Source of the DNA: an uncultured delta proteobacterium
GTDB taxonomy: Bacteria; Desulfobacterota; Binatia; UTPRO1
Reading direction: 5' to 3'
Assembly (NCBI GenBank): GCA_963774015.1
Contig: CAVZDH010000001.1
Coordinates: 451,064 to 515,063 of the forward strand
Length of the DNA stretch: 64,000 nucleotides
Of the stretch, positions 28,408 through 39,035 are shown piece by piece (position 1 is the stretch's first letter; each line of letters opens with the position of its first letter). The position numbers and the translations under genes were made by a program. The notes below the pieces were generated by a model. That model had not been told where the DNA came from. It made no database searches and saw nothing but the letters and a program-made list of their open reading frames with translations.

Positions 28408-30159
28408 TCAGGCCTCCATGTCTCGGGACTGCCGTGCGAGGATGCGGCGCATGACCGCGCCGAGCTCGCGCTGCGGTTCATCCACGCCTCCGGCGCGCCG
28501 CCACGCGACCACGCGGTCCGGACGGACGAGCAGGCAGCCGTCGTCGGCGACCGCGCGTAGACGCGTCCATCCGCCGAGGACGTCGTTGACGGGCTGCCCC
28601 ATGCCGATCCGGACGGTCTCGATCGCGACCCCGAGCTCGGCGCTCACGACGTCGGCCGCGCTGCTCCACGCGTCCCCGTCGACGTCGACGAGAAGCGTGA
28701 AGCGGTCGTAGCCGCAGACGTCGAGGGTCGAGACCTCGGCGCGTTCGCGCTCGAGCCATACGTGGGGCAGAGGCGCACCGGGATGCGTGCTCGGCTGGTA
28801 ATACAGGTCGGCGTCGCGCCCGCGCTCCGGCAACGGCTCGCCGTCGTCGACGACCGCGCCCGACACGCAGTGCTGTCCCATCTCGACCCCGTGGGCATTG
28901 AACTGCCCGTTCATGAGCTCGAGCGCCGACAGGAGCGACCGGCGGCGCCGGGATTCCCCGGGAGCGACGAGCCGATCGATCGCGAGGCGCGCCTCCTCCT
29001 TGGACTGCCCGGGGTGGAGCCCGAGGGCCATGAAGAACGCGCCCATCTCCGTGACGCTCTGGTTCGCGCGGTCGACGACGCGTTTGCCGACCGGCTGGCG
29101 TTCGGCGTCGTAGCTGTCGAGCAGCGCGTCCCCCGCCTTCCCCGACGTGACGAGGGCGAGCTTCCAGGCGAGATTGTAGGCGTCTTGGATCGACGTGTTG
29201 CTCCCGAGGCCGTTCGCCGGCGGATGGCGATGCGCCGCGTCTCCGGCGAGGAAGAGGCGGCCGCTGCGGTAGCTGCGGGCGACCACGTGGTGGATCTGCC
29301 AGGGACTGATCTTGCGGATCCGGACGGGGACCTCCGGATCGCCGATGGCGTCACGAACCCGTTGCAGCACCGCCGCTTCGGAGAGATCGTCCATGGTGAG
29401 GTCCCGGCGCGCGAAGATCGTGCTCCATTCGGTCCACGGCTCGACGCAGGTCCAGATGCTCAGCAGCTCCTCGTTGCCGGCTCCGATCACGAAGAAGAGC
29501 GCGCCGGAGCGGTGCTTGGCGTGGCGGGTCAGGTCGGCCTCGATCCACACCGTCACCGCGTCACCGAGGCCGGCGCGACCGTCGAAGGAGAAGCCGCCCT
29601 GCTCGCCGACGATCGTACGCGCGCCGTCGCAGCCGACGACGTAGCGCGCGCGGATCGTGTACTCGTCGGCGCCGCCGCGCGGCCGTACGCGTACGTCCGC
29701 GTGGCTCGAGCATTGCTGGACCGCCACGACCTCGCAGTCGAAGCGGATCTCCGCACCCAGGTGGCGCGCGGCGTCGAGCAGAATCGGCTCGAGGACGTGC
29801 TGAGGAGCGTTGCACATCGCGCACGGGCTCGCGGCGAGGTAGTCGGCGATGCGGTCCACGCCCGTCCCCCAGGTCATCATGCGGGCGAGCTCTTGGCCGG
29901 CGAAGGAGGTCGCGAACACTTGCTTGCCCATCAGGTGATGGGGCAGCGCGCGGCGCATGACGCGGTCTTCGATGCCGAGGTCGCGAAAGATCTCGACGGC
30001 GCGCTGATTGGTGATGTGGGCGCGGGGAGAGTCGGCCGTGGTGCCGTACTTGGTGACCGTCAGGGAGGCGACGCCGGCGCGAGCGAGCAAGGCGGCGGCG
30101 GTGAGGCCGGCGGGGCCTGCGCCGACGACCAAAACGTCCGTTTCCATGCGTGGTGTCAT
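28408..30159 (-). CDS. FAD-dependent aromatic-ring monooxygenase (PheA/TfdB-type hydroxylase)
   Basis: GxGxxG (DVLVVGAGPAGLTAAALL), DG motif (VVGCDGARTIV), GD motif (RLFLAGDAAHRHPPANGLGSNTSIQDAYNLAWKL) and C-terminal thioredoxin-like domain. Confidence 0.85.
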   Translation of the reverse strand: MTPRMETDVLVVGAGPAGLTAAALLARAGVASLTVTKYGTTADSPRAHITNQRAVEIFRDLGIEDRVMRRALPHHLMGKQVFATSFAGQELARMMTWGTGVDRIADYLAASPCAMCNAPQHVLEPILLDAARHLGAEIRFDCEVVAVQQCSSHADVRVRPRGGADEYTIRARYVVGCDGARTIVGEQGGFSFDGRAGLGDAVTVWIEADLTRHAKHRSGALFFVIGAGNEELLSIWTCVEPWTEWSTIFARRDLTMDDLSEAAVLQRVRDAIGDPEVPVRIRKISPWQIHHVVARSYRSGRLFLAGDAAHRHPPANGLGSNTSIQDAYNLAWKLALVTSGKAGDALLDSYDAERQPVGKRVVDRANQSVTEMGAFFMALGLHPGQSKEEARLAIDRLVAPGESRRRRSLLSALELMNGQFNAHGVEMGQHCVSGAVVDDGEPLPERGRDADLYYQPSTHPGAPLPHVWLERERAEVSTLDVCGYDRFTLLVDVDGDAWSSAADVVSAELGVAIETVRIGMGQPVNDVLGGWTRLRAVADDGCLLVRPDRVVAWRRAGGVDEPQRELGAVMRRILARQSRDMEA

Positions 30160-30256
30160 AGCGTCGAGCCGCGATGCCGGTGCGGCGCCGGCTTTGGCTG
30201 TTCAACCGAATAGTGACGTATTGATTTTCGCTTGTCAAGCGAGTAGTGAAAATTCC

Positions 30257-30856
30257 GTGCACGACCGGGACCGGCAACGCGAGAAGACCCGCCAGCGGAT
30301 CGTGACGATCGCCGTCGACGTGTTTGCCGCCAAGGGGTTTCGCGCCGCGAGCACCCGCGACATCGCGGCCCGGGCCAAGATCAGCCAGGGACTGATCACC
30401 TATCACTTCGGCAGCAAGAACGAGCTCTGGAAGGCGGCGATGGACCGCATCTTCGGCGAGCTTCGGAGCGGGTTCCGCGCCGCGCTCGCGGCCGACGCCG
30501 CGGCCGATCCCGCTACCCGCGTGCGGGGCGTGATCGCGCATTACGTGCGCTTCGTGGCGGCACATCCGGAGCTGTTTCGCGTAATGGTGGAGGAGGGGAA
30601 GCGGCCCGACGCCCGCATGCGGTGGCTGGTGGATACCCACCTGGCGCCGATCTACCGGGGCTTCGAGACGCTCGTGGCCGGGTTGGAGTCGGGGATTCGG
30701 GCGCGTCCCGCGCACGCGTACTACGCGCTTGCCGGTGCCGCGTCGCTGATGTTTGCCGTCGCGCCGGAGTGCAGCCGCTTGACGGGGCTCGACCCCATGG
30801 ATCCGCACGTCGTCGACACCCACGCGGAGATGTTGGCGCGACTGTTCGTCCGCTGA
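30257..30856 (+). CDS. TetR-family transcriptional regulator
   Basis: N-terminal TetR HTH ([44 protein letters not shown]); divergent from the monooxygenase gene; GTG start. Confidence 0.8.
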   Translation: MHDRDRQREKTRQRIVTIAVDVFAAKGFRAASTRDIAARAKISQGLITYHFGSKNELWKAAMDRIFGELRSGFRAALAADAAADPATRVRGVIAHYVRFVAAHPELFRVMVEEGKRPDARMRWLVDTHLAPIYRGFETLVAGLESGIRARPAHAYYALAGAASLMFAVAPECSRLTGLDPMDPHVVDTHAEMLARLFVR

Positions 30857-30859
30857 AAC

Positions 30860-31156
30860 GGACACGTCGAAGCGTTCGGATCTGCTCGAGGGTCATCTTC
30901 GCGACCACGCCATGCCCGTCGGTGCAGCGGTCGACCGTGGGATCGTGATTGAGCACGAGTGCACCGTCGGCCGTCGTGCGGACGTCCACCTCGACGTAGT
31001 CCGCACCGTGCCCCACGCATCGATCGCCGGAAGAGCATTCTCGGGGTGGTGCAGATGCTCGCCGCGATGCGCGATCACCATGACGTGCCGTCCCTGCGGC
31101 TCGGCAGCGACGAGGGCGAGCGAGACGAGCGCCGGAATCGCGGCACGGAAGCGCAC
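30860..31156 (-). pseudogene. Glycerophosphodiester phosphodiesterase (GDPD) N-terminal remnant, frameshifted and truncated
   Basis: [45 protein letters not shown] in one frame continues in another as [46 protein letters not shown]; remainder of the GDPD barrel is absent. Confidence 0.5.
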
Positions 31157-31310
31157 GTGGTCCTCTTACCAGCGGCGGACCCGTACCTGCGACGGCCGGA
31201 GGGCGGGCCGGTGGTGGCGCATCAGGCACCGGACGCGCTCGGCGTGGTGCGGAACTTCACGCTGCGGCCGAAGGCGCCGGAGCGGACCGCGAACTGAGCT
31301 CGGGGCGGGC

Positions 31311-32564
31311 CTATCGCGCCGTCGGGCCGATCGGAAGAGACACGGCCGGTCCGCGTGGCAGCCGCACGCGAATCCGCTGCTCGCGCAGCAGAAGGAACGG
31401 CTTCTCGACGACGTAGTGGAGCAGGGCGGCCGCGGCGAACGAGAGGCCGAGATAGAACGGCAGGAAGACGGCAAGCCGCGCGAGGGGCGGCGATGCCGCC
31501 GAGTCGGCGGCGGCTCCGGACAGGACCATGGCGGCGGGAATCAAGGCGTAGTGCAGTAGATAGAGCGTGTACGACAGCCGTGAGACGACGAACAGGCTCC
31601 GGCCCTCGAACCACCGTCGTGGGCCGCCGCCGAGCGCGAGGCCGAGCAGCATGCCGCTCATGCCGAGGGCGAGGACGGCACCGAGATGGACTTCGTCGAA
31701 CACGCCGATGTGGTCGTAGAGCGGTCTTGCGCCGAGGAGCCACGCGACGATCGCGGCGCCGATCCAGAACAGCGCGTGCGCGACCCGTGGATTGCGGGCC
31801 CATCGCAAATGCTCCCGGTCGCGATGCACGAGGGCGCACAGCATCCCCATCGCCAGGCCGTCGAAACTGAGATGGAACGCGCTTCGGAAGAGGGGAAAGT
31901 ACAGCTGGTAGTCGAGACCGGCCGGGGCGCTTCGCGCCACCTGCCAGCGAAAGAAGGTCGGGAGCAGCGCCACCACGCCGACGATCGCGTACTGGATCCA
32001 CCGGCGCCGGGCGCGCAACGCGCCGGCCAAGAGCAGCGGCGCGAGGAGGTAGAACTTTTCCTCCACCCCGAGCGACCAGAACACGACGAGGATGTCGGGG
32101 ACGAGATAATCCTGCATGAAGAGCATGTGGTACAACACGCGCCGCCCGAGATCGTCGGGCGCGACCGTGTAGTACGGCACGCCGCCGGCGGCGACGAGAA
32201 ACAGCACGGCGTAGTACGCCGGGACGATGCGCAGCGCGCGCCGCATCAGATAGTCGCCCGCGCTCCGTCGGTCGAGGATGCCTCCGTAGCGCCGACAGAC
32301 GTGGTGCGTGATGAGGAAGCCGCTCAGCACGAAGAAGAGGTCGACGCCCATCCAGCCGTTGACCAACGGCGTCACGGCGTCCCAGCCCGCGACGGGCAGC
32401 AACGGAACGTGCACCGTTCGGAATGGAACGACGGCGTGACGGAGGAGGACCAGGATGATGGCGAGCGCACGCAGGCCGTCGAGCGCGGCGACCGAGCCCG
32501 CGGGTCTGGTCATGTGCAGGTAGCGTCTCACGGCGCCCAGGCGCGTGGGGCGCGGCGCCGTCAT
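31311..32564 (-). CDS. Acyltransferase family 3 membrane protein
   Basis: 417 aa polytopic protein with family-3 acyltransferase N-terminal motif (LDGLRALAIILVLLRHAV...GVDLFFVLSGFLI); ATG overlaps upstream stop (ATGA). Confidence 0.8.
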   Translation of the reverse strand: MTAPRPTRLGAVRRYLHMTRPAGSVAALDGLRALAIILVLLRHAVVPFRTVHVPLLPVAGWDAVTPLVNGWMGVDLFFVLSGFLITHHVCRRYGGILDRRSAGDYLMRRALRIVPAYYAVLFLVAAGGVPYYTVAPDDLGRRVLYHMLFMQDYLVPDILVVFWSLGVEEKFYLLAPLLLAGALRARRRWIQYAIVGVVALLPTFFRWQVARSAPAGLDYQLYFPLFRSAFHLSFDGLAMGMLCALVHRDREHLRWARNPRVAHALFWIGAAIVAWLLGARPLYDHIGVFDEVHLGAVLALGMSGMLLGLALGGGPRRWFEGRSLFVVSRLSYTLYLLHYALIPAAMVLSGAAADSAASPPLARLAVFLPFYLGLSFAAAALLHYVVEKPFLLLREQRIRVRLPRGPAVSLPIGPTAR

Positions 32565-33697
32565 GCCACCTGGCTCGCGAGCCCGAGTGTTTCCTGCAGC
32601 GGACGCCGGCGCACCTTCCAGATCACCGCGTCGACGACGTAGTGGTGGAAGTTGATCGTCTGCGAGATCGCGAGCGCGGCCAGCGGTCCGACGAATTGGA
32701 TGCCGCCGTACGCCACGGTGGAAAGTGCCAGGCAGACGAGCGCGAAGCGTCCGACGTTCTCGGGCTGGCTGAGCATCGAGAGCAAGGGCGCGCTCGGCTG
32801 GACGCCGCCCGCGAAGCGCTTGTTGTCGTAGTGCCAGACGAAAAGCAGGTACTGCGCGTTGTGCCACACGTTGACGGCGAGCCAGCCGCCCGTGACGCCG
32901 GGAATGAGCAGGTAGCCGACGGTGAAGACGGCGACGTGCGAGGCGAGGTACAGAGTGTGCGCCAGCGGCAGCTCGCCGCGGAACCAAGCGGCGACGCGGG
33001 TCGCGGCGAACGCGACCAGGGTCACGATGGACGCCGCGGCGACGACCGTGACGACGGGCTCCGCGACCGGGATCACGTGGAACTCGACTCCGATGAACGA
33101 CGGCGGCGCTTGCTGGGAGCGGTGGAGAACGCCCCACAAGGGAAGCAAGAAGAACGCAGCCTGGTAGAGCCGCTCGGCGCCGATCGGGTCGGCGCCGGCC
33201 TTGCGGCGATAGACCTGGGCGATGCCCCAGCTCTGCCGCGTGTAGTGCCACCACTGCCAGTAGAAATAGATGCTGGTGAGGATCCACGGGCCGATCGCGG
33301 TCGCGAATCCCAGCGTGCCTGCCAGGAGCACCATCGGCAGCCAGGTGACGAGCCCGCGGTAGGTTTGGAAGCTCTCACGATCGAAGCACAGCCGCGTGTA
33401 GGTGGCGACGACGTGGGGATAGGCCATGAGCCACAGGTCGGCGAGGAAGATGGCCGCGATGAGCGAGCGGTTCACCATGCCGAGACAGCCCGCCACGATG
33501 CCGAGCGCCGCCGTACCGCCGATGAACCAGAGATCGAAGCGTCGGCTCCGCAGCCAGCGAGCGGGCGCGGCCGTCATCGCCATCGGGACCGATGCCGTGA
33601 TCGCTTGCATGGAGGGGCCGGTGCGCTCGACGCACCGCGAGCGCAGGGCAGCAAGAAGCGCACCGGCGTACGCTGCGCATGCGACTCGGCGTGGCAT
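32561..33697 (-). CDS. Integral membrane protein of unknown function (start uncertain)
   Basis: Multiple hydrophobic helices, Trp/Tyr-rich loops (YFYWQWWHYTRQSWG); translationally coupled to the downstream acyltransferase. Confidence 0.5.
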   Translation of the reverse strand: MPRRVACAAYAGALLAALRSRCVERTGPSMQAITASVPMAMTAAPARWLRSRRFDLWFIGGTAALGIVAGCLGMVNRSLIAAIFLADLWLMAYPHVVATYTRLCFDRESFQTYRGLVTWLPMVLLAGTLGFATAIGPWILTSIYFYWQWWHYTRQSWGIAQVYRRKAGADPIGAERLYQAAFFLLPLWGVLHRSQQAPPSFIGVEFHVIPVAEPVVTVVAAASIVTLVAFAATRVAAWFRGELPLAHTLYLASHVAVFTVGYLLIPGVTGGWLAVNVWHNAQYLLFVWHYDNKRFAGGVQPSAPLLSMLSQPENVGRFALVCLALSTVAYGGIQFVGPLAALAISQTINFHHYVVDAVIWKVRRRPLQETLGLASQVA

Positions 33698-33906
33698 CGT
33701 GGCGCCGCGCGCGCCGAAGAGCGCACGACGCTCCGCCGGCGCTGGTTGGTCGGTCGGAACGCGGTGGATGCCGCGGGGCGCGGACGGGCACGCGCACACG
33801 CCGGCGCCGTGACGGGCGTTACGGAATCGACGCTCCCGGACCCGTCGCCGGCGCGGGCAGCAACGGATCCCCCACACCGCAACGGCGCAATATCGGCGTC
33901 AACTGA

Positions 33907-34326
33907 TCACGGTTGCGTCGGATCGGACATGCCCATGTGCGGAGTCGACATCGGCGGCGCCATGAAGAACCCGCCCGGGAGCATGACGTTGTCGATGAAG
34001 CGCCAGTCTTGCGAGTTGCAGGGCTCGGCCGGACACGGGTCGGCGCCATAGCAGGCGAAAGCCATCTGCGCGTTCCGTGGATCGGGGTTTCCGTCGTCGC
34101 CGGTCTCCATGCACCAGACGAAGGCCGGTGGCGCGCCTGACGGGAAGAAGACGTTTCCCATCGCGGTGTGGTCATCCGTGTCGTAGATGATCGCCCAGCG
34201 CTCACCGCCGACATCCTTGTTGATCATCACCCGATGCCCGTCGCGCCCCATTTGCATTCCTGACATCGCCTGCGCGTACAGCGGGAACATCAGGATCAGG
34301 ACCAAACCAATCGCCAATCTCAGCAT
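33907..34326 (-). CDS. Small secreted hypothetical protein
   Basis: 139 aa with signal peptide MLRLAIGLVLILMFPLYAQA; Met/Pro/Cys-rich. Confidence 0.45.
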   Translation of the reverse strand: MLRLAIGLVLILMFPLYAQAMSGMQMGRDGHRVMINKDVGGERWAIIYDTDDHTAMGNVFFPSGAPPAFVWCMETGDDGNPDPRNAQMAFACYGADPCPAEPCNSQDWRFIDNVMLPGGFFMAPPMSTPHMGMSDPTQP

Positions 34327-34530
34327 GACTCACGCACCCCGCTTCACCGCCTCGATCCAAGAGCCGTGCCATGGCCGTCGATGAGGAGATGCCGTGAAAA
34401 ACTTCGGGCGATTTGCCGATCTTGCGAAACCGATGCCTTGCGATTCCCGTCGACGGCAAGGGCCGCGCGTGGGGCCTGGAGGGCCGCCCGATCGCCGACT
34501 GCATCACGTGCATCGCGAGCGAGCGGACGC

Positions 34531-35043
34531 TCAGGGGCAGGTCGTCGGCACCACCGGTGCGCTCGTGGATGTGCGCTTGAGCTTCCACTTGCAGGTGTAG
34601 GCTTGGGGCGGCGAGGTGCTCGAGTAATAGGACGCGCCGCTGATCGATCCGGAGCCCTTCGTCGGCTTGGTCGTGACCTTGAAGCGCCCGAGCTCGTCGT
34701 ACTGCCCCGAGCCGAGGTCGTCGTCGGTCCCGCAGATCGTGAGCATGAGGTCTCCCTTGTCGGGCTTCTTGGAGTCGGCAACGGCGAGGCCGTTGTACGA
34801 GTACGGCGTGCCGGAGAAGCTGATGTTGGCGCCCACCGCCGTACCGGCTTGCGTGATGTCGGCTTCCAGGGCGTCCGTGTAGGAATCCTTGTCGCCCCCG
34901 AAGCTTCCCTTGCATTTGTAGACGCCGGACCAGTGCCCGCCGAGGTCGTAGGCGTACGCAGGTGGCGCGGCAAGAGCGGCGACGAGCACGGCAGCTGGAA
35001 TACACGCGGCGAATCGGATCGATGGGATCATCGGAGCCTCCAT
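34531..35043 (-). CDS. Secreted hypothetical protein
   Basis: Signal peptide (MIPSIRFAACIPAAVLVAALAAPPAYA); Gly/Ser/Thr-rich mature region with 4 Cys. Confidence 0.45.
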   Translation of the reverse strand: MEAPMIPSIRFAACIPAAVLVAALAAPPAYAYDLGGHWSGVYKCKGSFGGDKDSYTDALEADITQAGTAVGANISFSGTPYSYNGLAVADSKKPDKGDLMLTICGTDDDLGSGQYDELGRFKVTTKPTKGSGSISGASYYSSTSPPQAYTCKWKLKRTSTSAPVVPTTCP

Positions 35044-35144
35044 TTCGGTATCGGGTTGGTGAGGTTCTCTACCGCGACGCTCGGGGGAATGAAAAGAACC
35101 GCAGCCGCATGGCGCCGCCGCGCCGACGCGGAGTCAGAGGTTCC

Positions 35145-37178
35145 CTAGAGGTAGGTCAGCGCGTCGGCCGCATCTTTCCGCCCGGCGACGATCATGGCGT
35201 CGCTGTGGCCGATGCGATCGTCGGGCGTCGGCACCCGCAAATGCGAGCCACCACCGTCCTCGGTGCGGAGGAGAAAGACGACCTGGACGCCGTAGCGCGC
35301 CCGGAGATCGATTTCCCGCAGCGTCTTGCCGACGAAGGCGCGGGGCGCCGCGATCTGCTGGACGACGTATCCGTCGCCCATGGCGACCTGCCTGACGCGA
35401 CCCACGATGCTGATGGCGCTCGTCATGCTGCCCGCGAGATCGCGCCGGATGAGCTCCTGCGTGCGGGCGTTCACGAGGTCTTGGAAGTGAAGCGTGCCGA
35501 TCAGCTTCGACGTGTCGGCGCCGTCGACGACGGGCAGCTCCTGGACGTCCGCCTCGCTGAACATCTGCATCGCGACGTCGAGGTCGTCGTCCTCGAGCAG
35601 GCGCCAGCGCGCGGGCACCACCAGATCCGCCGCCACCACGACGTTCTTGAGCGAGTCCTGATCGAAGAGCACGTGCCGCAACTCGAAGAGCCCGACGCTG
35701 CCGAGCAGCTCGCCGTCCTCCTTCTGGACGAAGAACTCGTCGTGGCGGCTCTGCACCACGTGCTCGAGCACGCGCATGAACGGGAGCGACGCCGGCACCA
35801 CCTCGGGCGCGCGGTCGATCAGGTCGCGCACGTAGAAGCTCTTCAAGACGTTCGGGTCCTCCTCCTTGAACGGATCGATGCCGCGCTGGCGGAGCTTCAA
35901 GGTGTAGATCGAGTCGCCTCGCAGCAGGGTCGCGACCAGCGTGCTGATGACGCACGAGGCCATCAGCGGCGCGATCAGGCGGTAGTCGCCCGTCAGCTCG
36001 AAGATGATGATGATCGCGGTGATCGGCGCATGCGTCGCCGCCGCCACCACCGCCCCCATCGTCACCAGCGCGTAGGCCCCCGACGAGCCGGTCAGATCGG
36101 GGAGCCACTGATGGATGAACGTTCCGAGGAAGCCCCCGGTCATGGCGCCGAGAAACAGCGAGGGCGCGAAGACGCCGCCCGAGCCTCCCGACGCGAGCGT
36201 GATCGAGGTCGCCGCCATCTTCGCCACCACCAGCAGACCGAGCAGCGCGGCGGGGAGGGTGCCCGCCAATGCCCCGTTGATGGTGTCGTACCCGACCCCG
36301 TAGACGTTCGGCAGCCAGATGCCCATCGCGCCGACCATGAGGCCGCCGACGGCCGGCTTCAGGTACTCCGGCATCGGCAAGCGCTCGAAGGCGTCCTCGG
36401 CCGCATAGAGCACGGCGATGAACGCGAGCGCCACCAGGCCCGCGATCAGTCCGACCAGCATGTACGGCAGGAGCTCGAAGGGGCCGGCCAGATGATAGGG
36501 CGGAACGTTGAATGCCGGGAAGTCGCCGAGGAAGTGCCGCGAGACCACCGTCGCCACGACGGACGAGATCACGATCGGACTGAACTGCGGCACTCCGAAA
36601 TCCCCGAGCAGGATCTCGACCGCGAACAGCGCTCCGGCGATGGGGGCGTTGAACGCGGCCGCGATGCCGGCGGCGGCACCGCACCCGACCAGTGTCCGAA
36701 TCTGGCGGGTCGAAACCCCGAGCAGCTGCCCGATCGTCGAGCCGAGCGCCGATCCGATCTGCACGATCGGCCCCTCGCGACCGACCGAGCCGCCCGAACC
36801 GATCGTGATCGCCGAGGCCAGCGCCTTCACGACCACGACGCGGGGGCGGATCACGCCGCCGCGCACCAACATCGCTTCCATCACCTCGGGAACGCCGTGC
36901 CCTTTGGCCTCTCGGGCGACGAAGTGCACCATGGGCCCGACGAACAGGCCTCCGATCGCCGGTACCACCAGCCGCCACGTCCACGGGAGGCCCTCGACCA
37001 GCTCGAGGAGATGCGGGCCCGGTCCGAAAAAGAGGCGCTGGAACGCTCCGATGAGCCAGCGGAGCGCGACCGCGCCGAAGCCCCCGCCGAGCCCGCACAC
37101 GATGGCGACGGTCACCATGAAGAGATGACTCCGTCCGATCGTGGTGCGCGCGGTGCTCTCTGCGGGATGTACGATCAT
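35145..37178 (-). CDS. ClC-family chloride channel / H+-Cl- antiporter with C-terminal CBS domains
   Basis: ClC selectivity motifs GSGIP-like (IGSGGSVGREGP), GREGP, GxFxP (GGVFAPSLFLG) and Y-containing helix; C-terminal CBS pair. Confidence 0.85.
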   Translation of the reverse strand: MIVHPAESTARTTIGRSHLFMVTVAIVCGLGGGFGAVALRWLIGAFQRLFFGPGPHLLELVEGLPWTWRLVVPAIGGLFVGPMVHFVAREAKGHGVPEVMEAMLVRGGVIRPRVVVVKALASAITIGSGGSVGREGPIVQIGSALGSTIGQLLGVSTRQIRTLVGCGAAAGIAAAFNAPIAGALFAVEILLGDFGVPQFSPIVISSVVATVVSRHFLGDFPAFNVPPYHLAGPFELLPYMLVGLIAGLVALAFIAVLYAAEDAFERLPMPEYLKPAVGGLMVGAMGIWLPNVYGVGYDTINGALAGTLPAALLGLLVVAKMAATSITLASGGSGGVFAPSLFLGAMTGGFLGTFIHQWLPDLTGSSGAYALVTMGAVVAAATHAPITAIIIIFELTGDYRLIAPLMASCVISTLVATLLRGDSIYTLKLRQRGIDPFKEEDPNVLKSFYVRDLIDRAPEVVPASLPFMRVLEHVVQSRHDEFFVQKEDGELLGSVGLFELRHVLFDQDSLKNVVVAADLVVPARWRLLEDDDLDVAMQMFSEADVQELPVVDGADTSKLIGTLHFQDLVNARTQELIRRDLAGSMTSAISIVGRVRQVAMGDGYVVQQIAAPRAFVGKTLREIDLRARYGVQVVFLLRTEDGGGSHLRVPTPDDRIGHSDAMIVAGRKDAADALTYL

Positions 37179-37406
37179 GGGCACCTCGACGTGCCGGTGT
37201 AACTCGGTCCGGCATAGCAAGCCAACCGACCACCGAGCACGGAGCTGGTGCTTTTCGCCACCCCCATTCGCCAAGCCCTGAGCTTCGGGAGCGATGCGGC
37301 TCGGGAATCATCCCCCGAGGCGGAAAGCTCCGTCCGCCCGGACGCGAGGGTCAGGCGGGATCGTACGAGCTCACGGACGCGTGATGCGCGCTCGCCCGCT
37401 TGCGTG

Positions 37407-38879
37407 CGTCAGGGGCAGCTCGGCGTGAGCGTGACGTCGGCGCTCGCGCGCGAGAGGTCGAGGGCGCCGGCGGCGGAGACGCCGACGCATCCCCCCGGGC
37501 CGGTGCGGAACTTGCCGCGCGCGGTCAGGCTCCCCGCCGGGGCGAGCGCCTCGATGGTGCCGTCGCTGCGCGCCTCGCAGGTGGCGTCGAGGCGTGAAGA
37601 GCCCGGCGCCGCTCTGCGCGAAGCGGATCTCGCCTGCGCCGACTCCGTGCGAGTCGACGTCGAAGCCCGACTTCGGCCCGACGGTGAGCCCGACGCCGTT
37701 CACCAAGATCACGCCCGCTGATCCCGTCTTGGTGGTCGCGACGGCCTTGACGCGGGCATTCACCGAACCGGCGGGTGCCGAGATGGTGACCGCGCCGCCC
37801 GCCGTCCGGCCGCCGGCCTTGAGGCCGACGCCGTCCAACGTGAGATCTCCGCTGGCCGCGTCGCCGAGCACCAGGATCTGTCCACCGTCGCCCTTGCCCG
37901 ACGACGCGTCGAGATCGTGATCGAGCGTCACGGCCGTCGACCCGAGCAACTGAATGAGGCCGCCGTTGCCGTGGTTGCCTTTGGCGGCGACGTTCGACTC
38001 GAACGCGACGGTGGCGGCGCTGACGTCGATGATGCCGCCGTCGATCTTGCCCCTGGCATCGACGCCGCGCGGTCCCACGGTGCCGAGCGGCGCTTGCACG
38101 ACGATCGTGCCGCCGCTCGTTCCCGCCGTGCTCACCTTGCCGTCGAGAACCACGTCGCCGCCGCTGCTCGCGAGCATCACGCTGCTGCCGGGCTCGCCCT
38201 TCTTCGCGTTGATCGATCCGTTCACGACGACGCCGGTCGCGCCGGCGATCGTGACGCTGCTTTGGCCCGGGCCGTCGACGCGGACGTCCTGATCGAGCGT
38301 CACCACGCCGCCGCTGCTGTCGATCTGCACCGAGCCGCTCTGCTCACCGCCGGCGAAGACGCGGCCTCCGATCGTCACGCCGAGGTCGCCGCTGAGCGCG
38401 ATGCTGCCGCCGTCCTCGACCTCGATGACCGCCGAGACTCCGGTCGTCAGCGTGCCGCCGGCGGCGACCGTCACGCTGCCGCCCGGCTTCGCTTTCAGGC
38501 GGTTCTTGACGTCGATGTCGCCGGTCGCGCTCACCGCGATGCTGCCCGTTCCGACGTCGATTTCGGTGTTCAGGTCGGCCGGCCCCGCGGCAGCCGTGAG
38601 CGTCACCGCCGCGCCCGGTCCTTCGATGCGACCGTGCACCTGGATCTCGCCGGCGGTGAGGTCGAGCGTACCCCCTGCCGGCACGGTGAGCGCGCCGCCG
38701 ATCACGAGCGTGCGGCCACCGAAGTCGACCACGCAGGGCGTCTGCACAGTGATGTTGCTGGTCTCGCAGGGGTCGCCCGTGCAGAGGTTGTTGGGGTCGG
38801 CGCACGAGACCTGCGCCGCCGCCCGCGTGGCGAGGGCCACGACGAAACACACCACGGCAATTGATCGAACCTGACGCAT
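37407..38879 (-). CDS. Secreted glycine-rich beta-solenoid repeat protein (frameshift near 37600)
   Basis: Signal peptide MRQVRSIAVVCFVVALATRAAAQ; Cys-rich N-terminal cap; long run of Gly/Thr/Val-rich solenoid repeats; a Cys-containing C-terminal block (ATCEARSDGTIEAL...GGCVGVSAAG...PSCP) continues in another frame to a stop at about 37407. Confidence 0.5.
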
Positions 38880-39035
38880 GCGACGCCTCCTGGGGCAGAG
38901 GGCCCGAAACGTGTCGGCAACCGGATGCCGTGGATGGATGATTCGGACCTACCGTCGACGGCGAGCGCGGGTCAAGAAAATTCCCGACCCGCGTCGAGGA
39001 AGCGCGCGCCATTTTGGCGCAGCCGTACGTGTCCC

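Noticed and set aside
37300-37340. Possible fluoride (crcB-type) riboswitch in the ClC gene leader
   Set aside because: The leader (reverse complement) contains GGACGGAGCUUUCCGCC...GAUGAUUCCC, vaguely like the GGCGAUGG...CUGAUGAUGCCUAC consensus, but the conserved AAACCGCC-type segment is missing and this ClC is a large CBS-domain type rather than a short ClC-F. Too weak without a covariance-model search.
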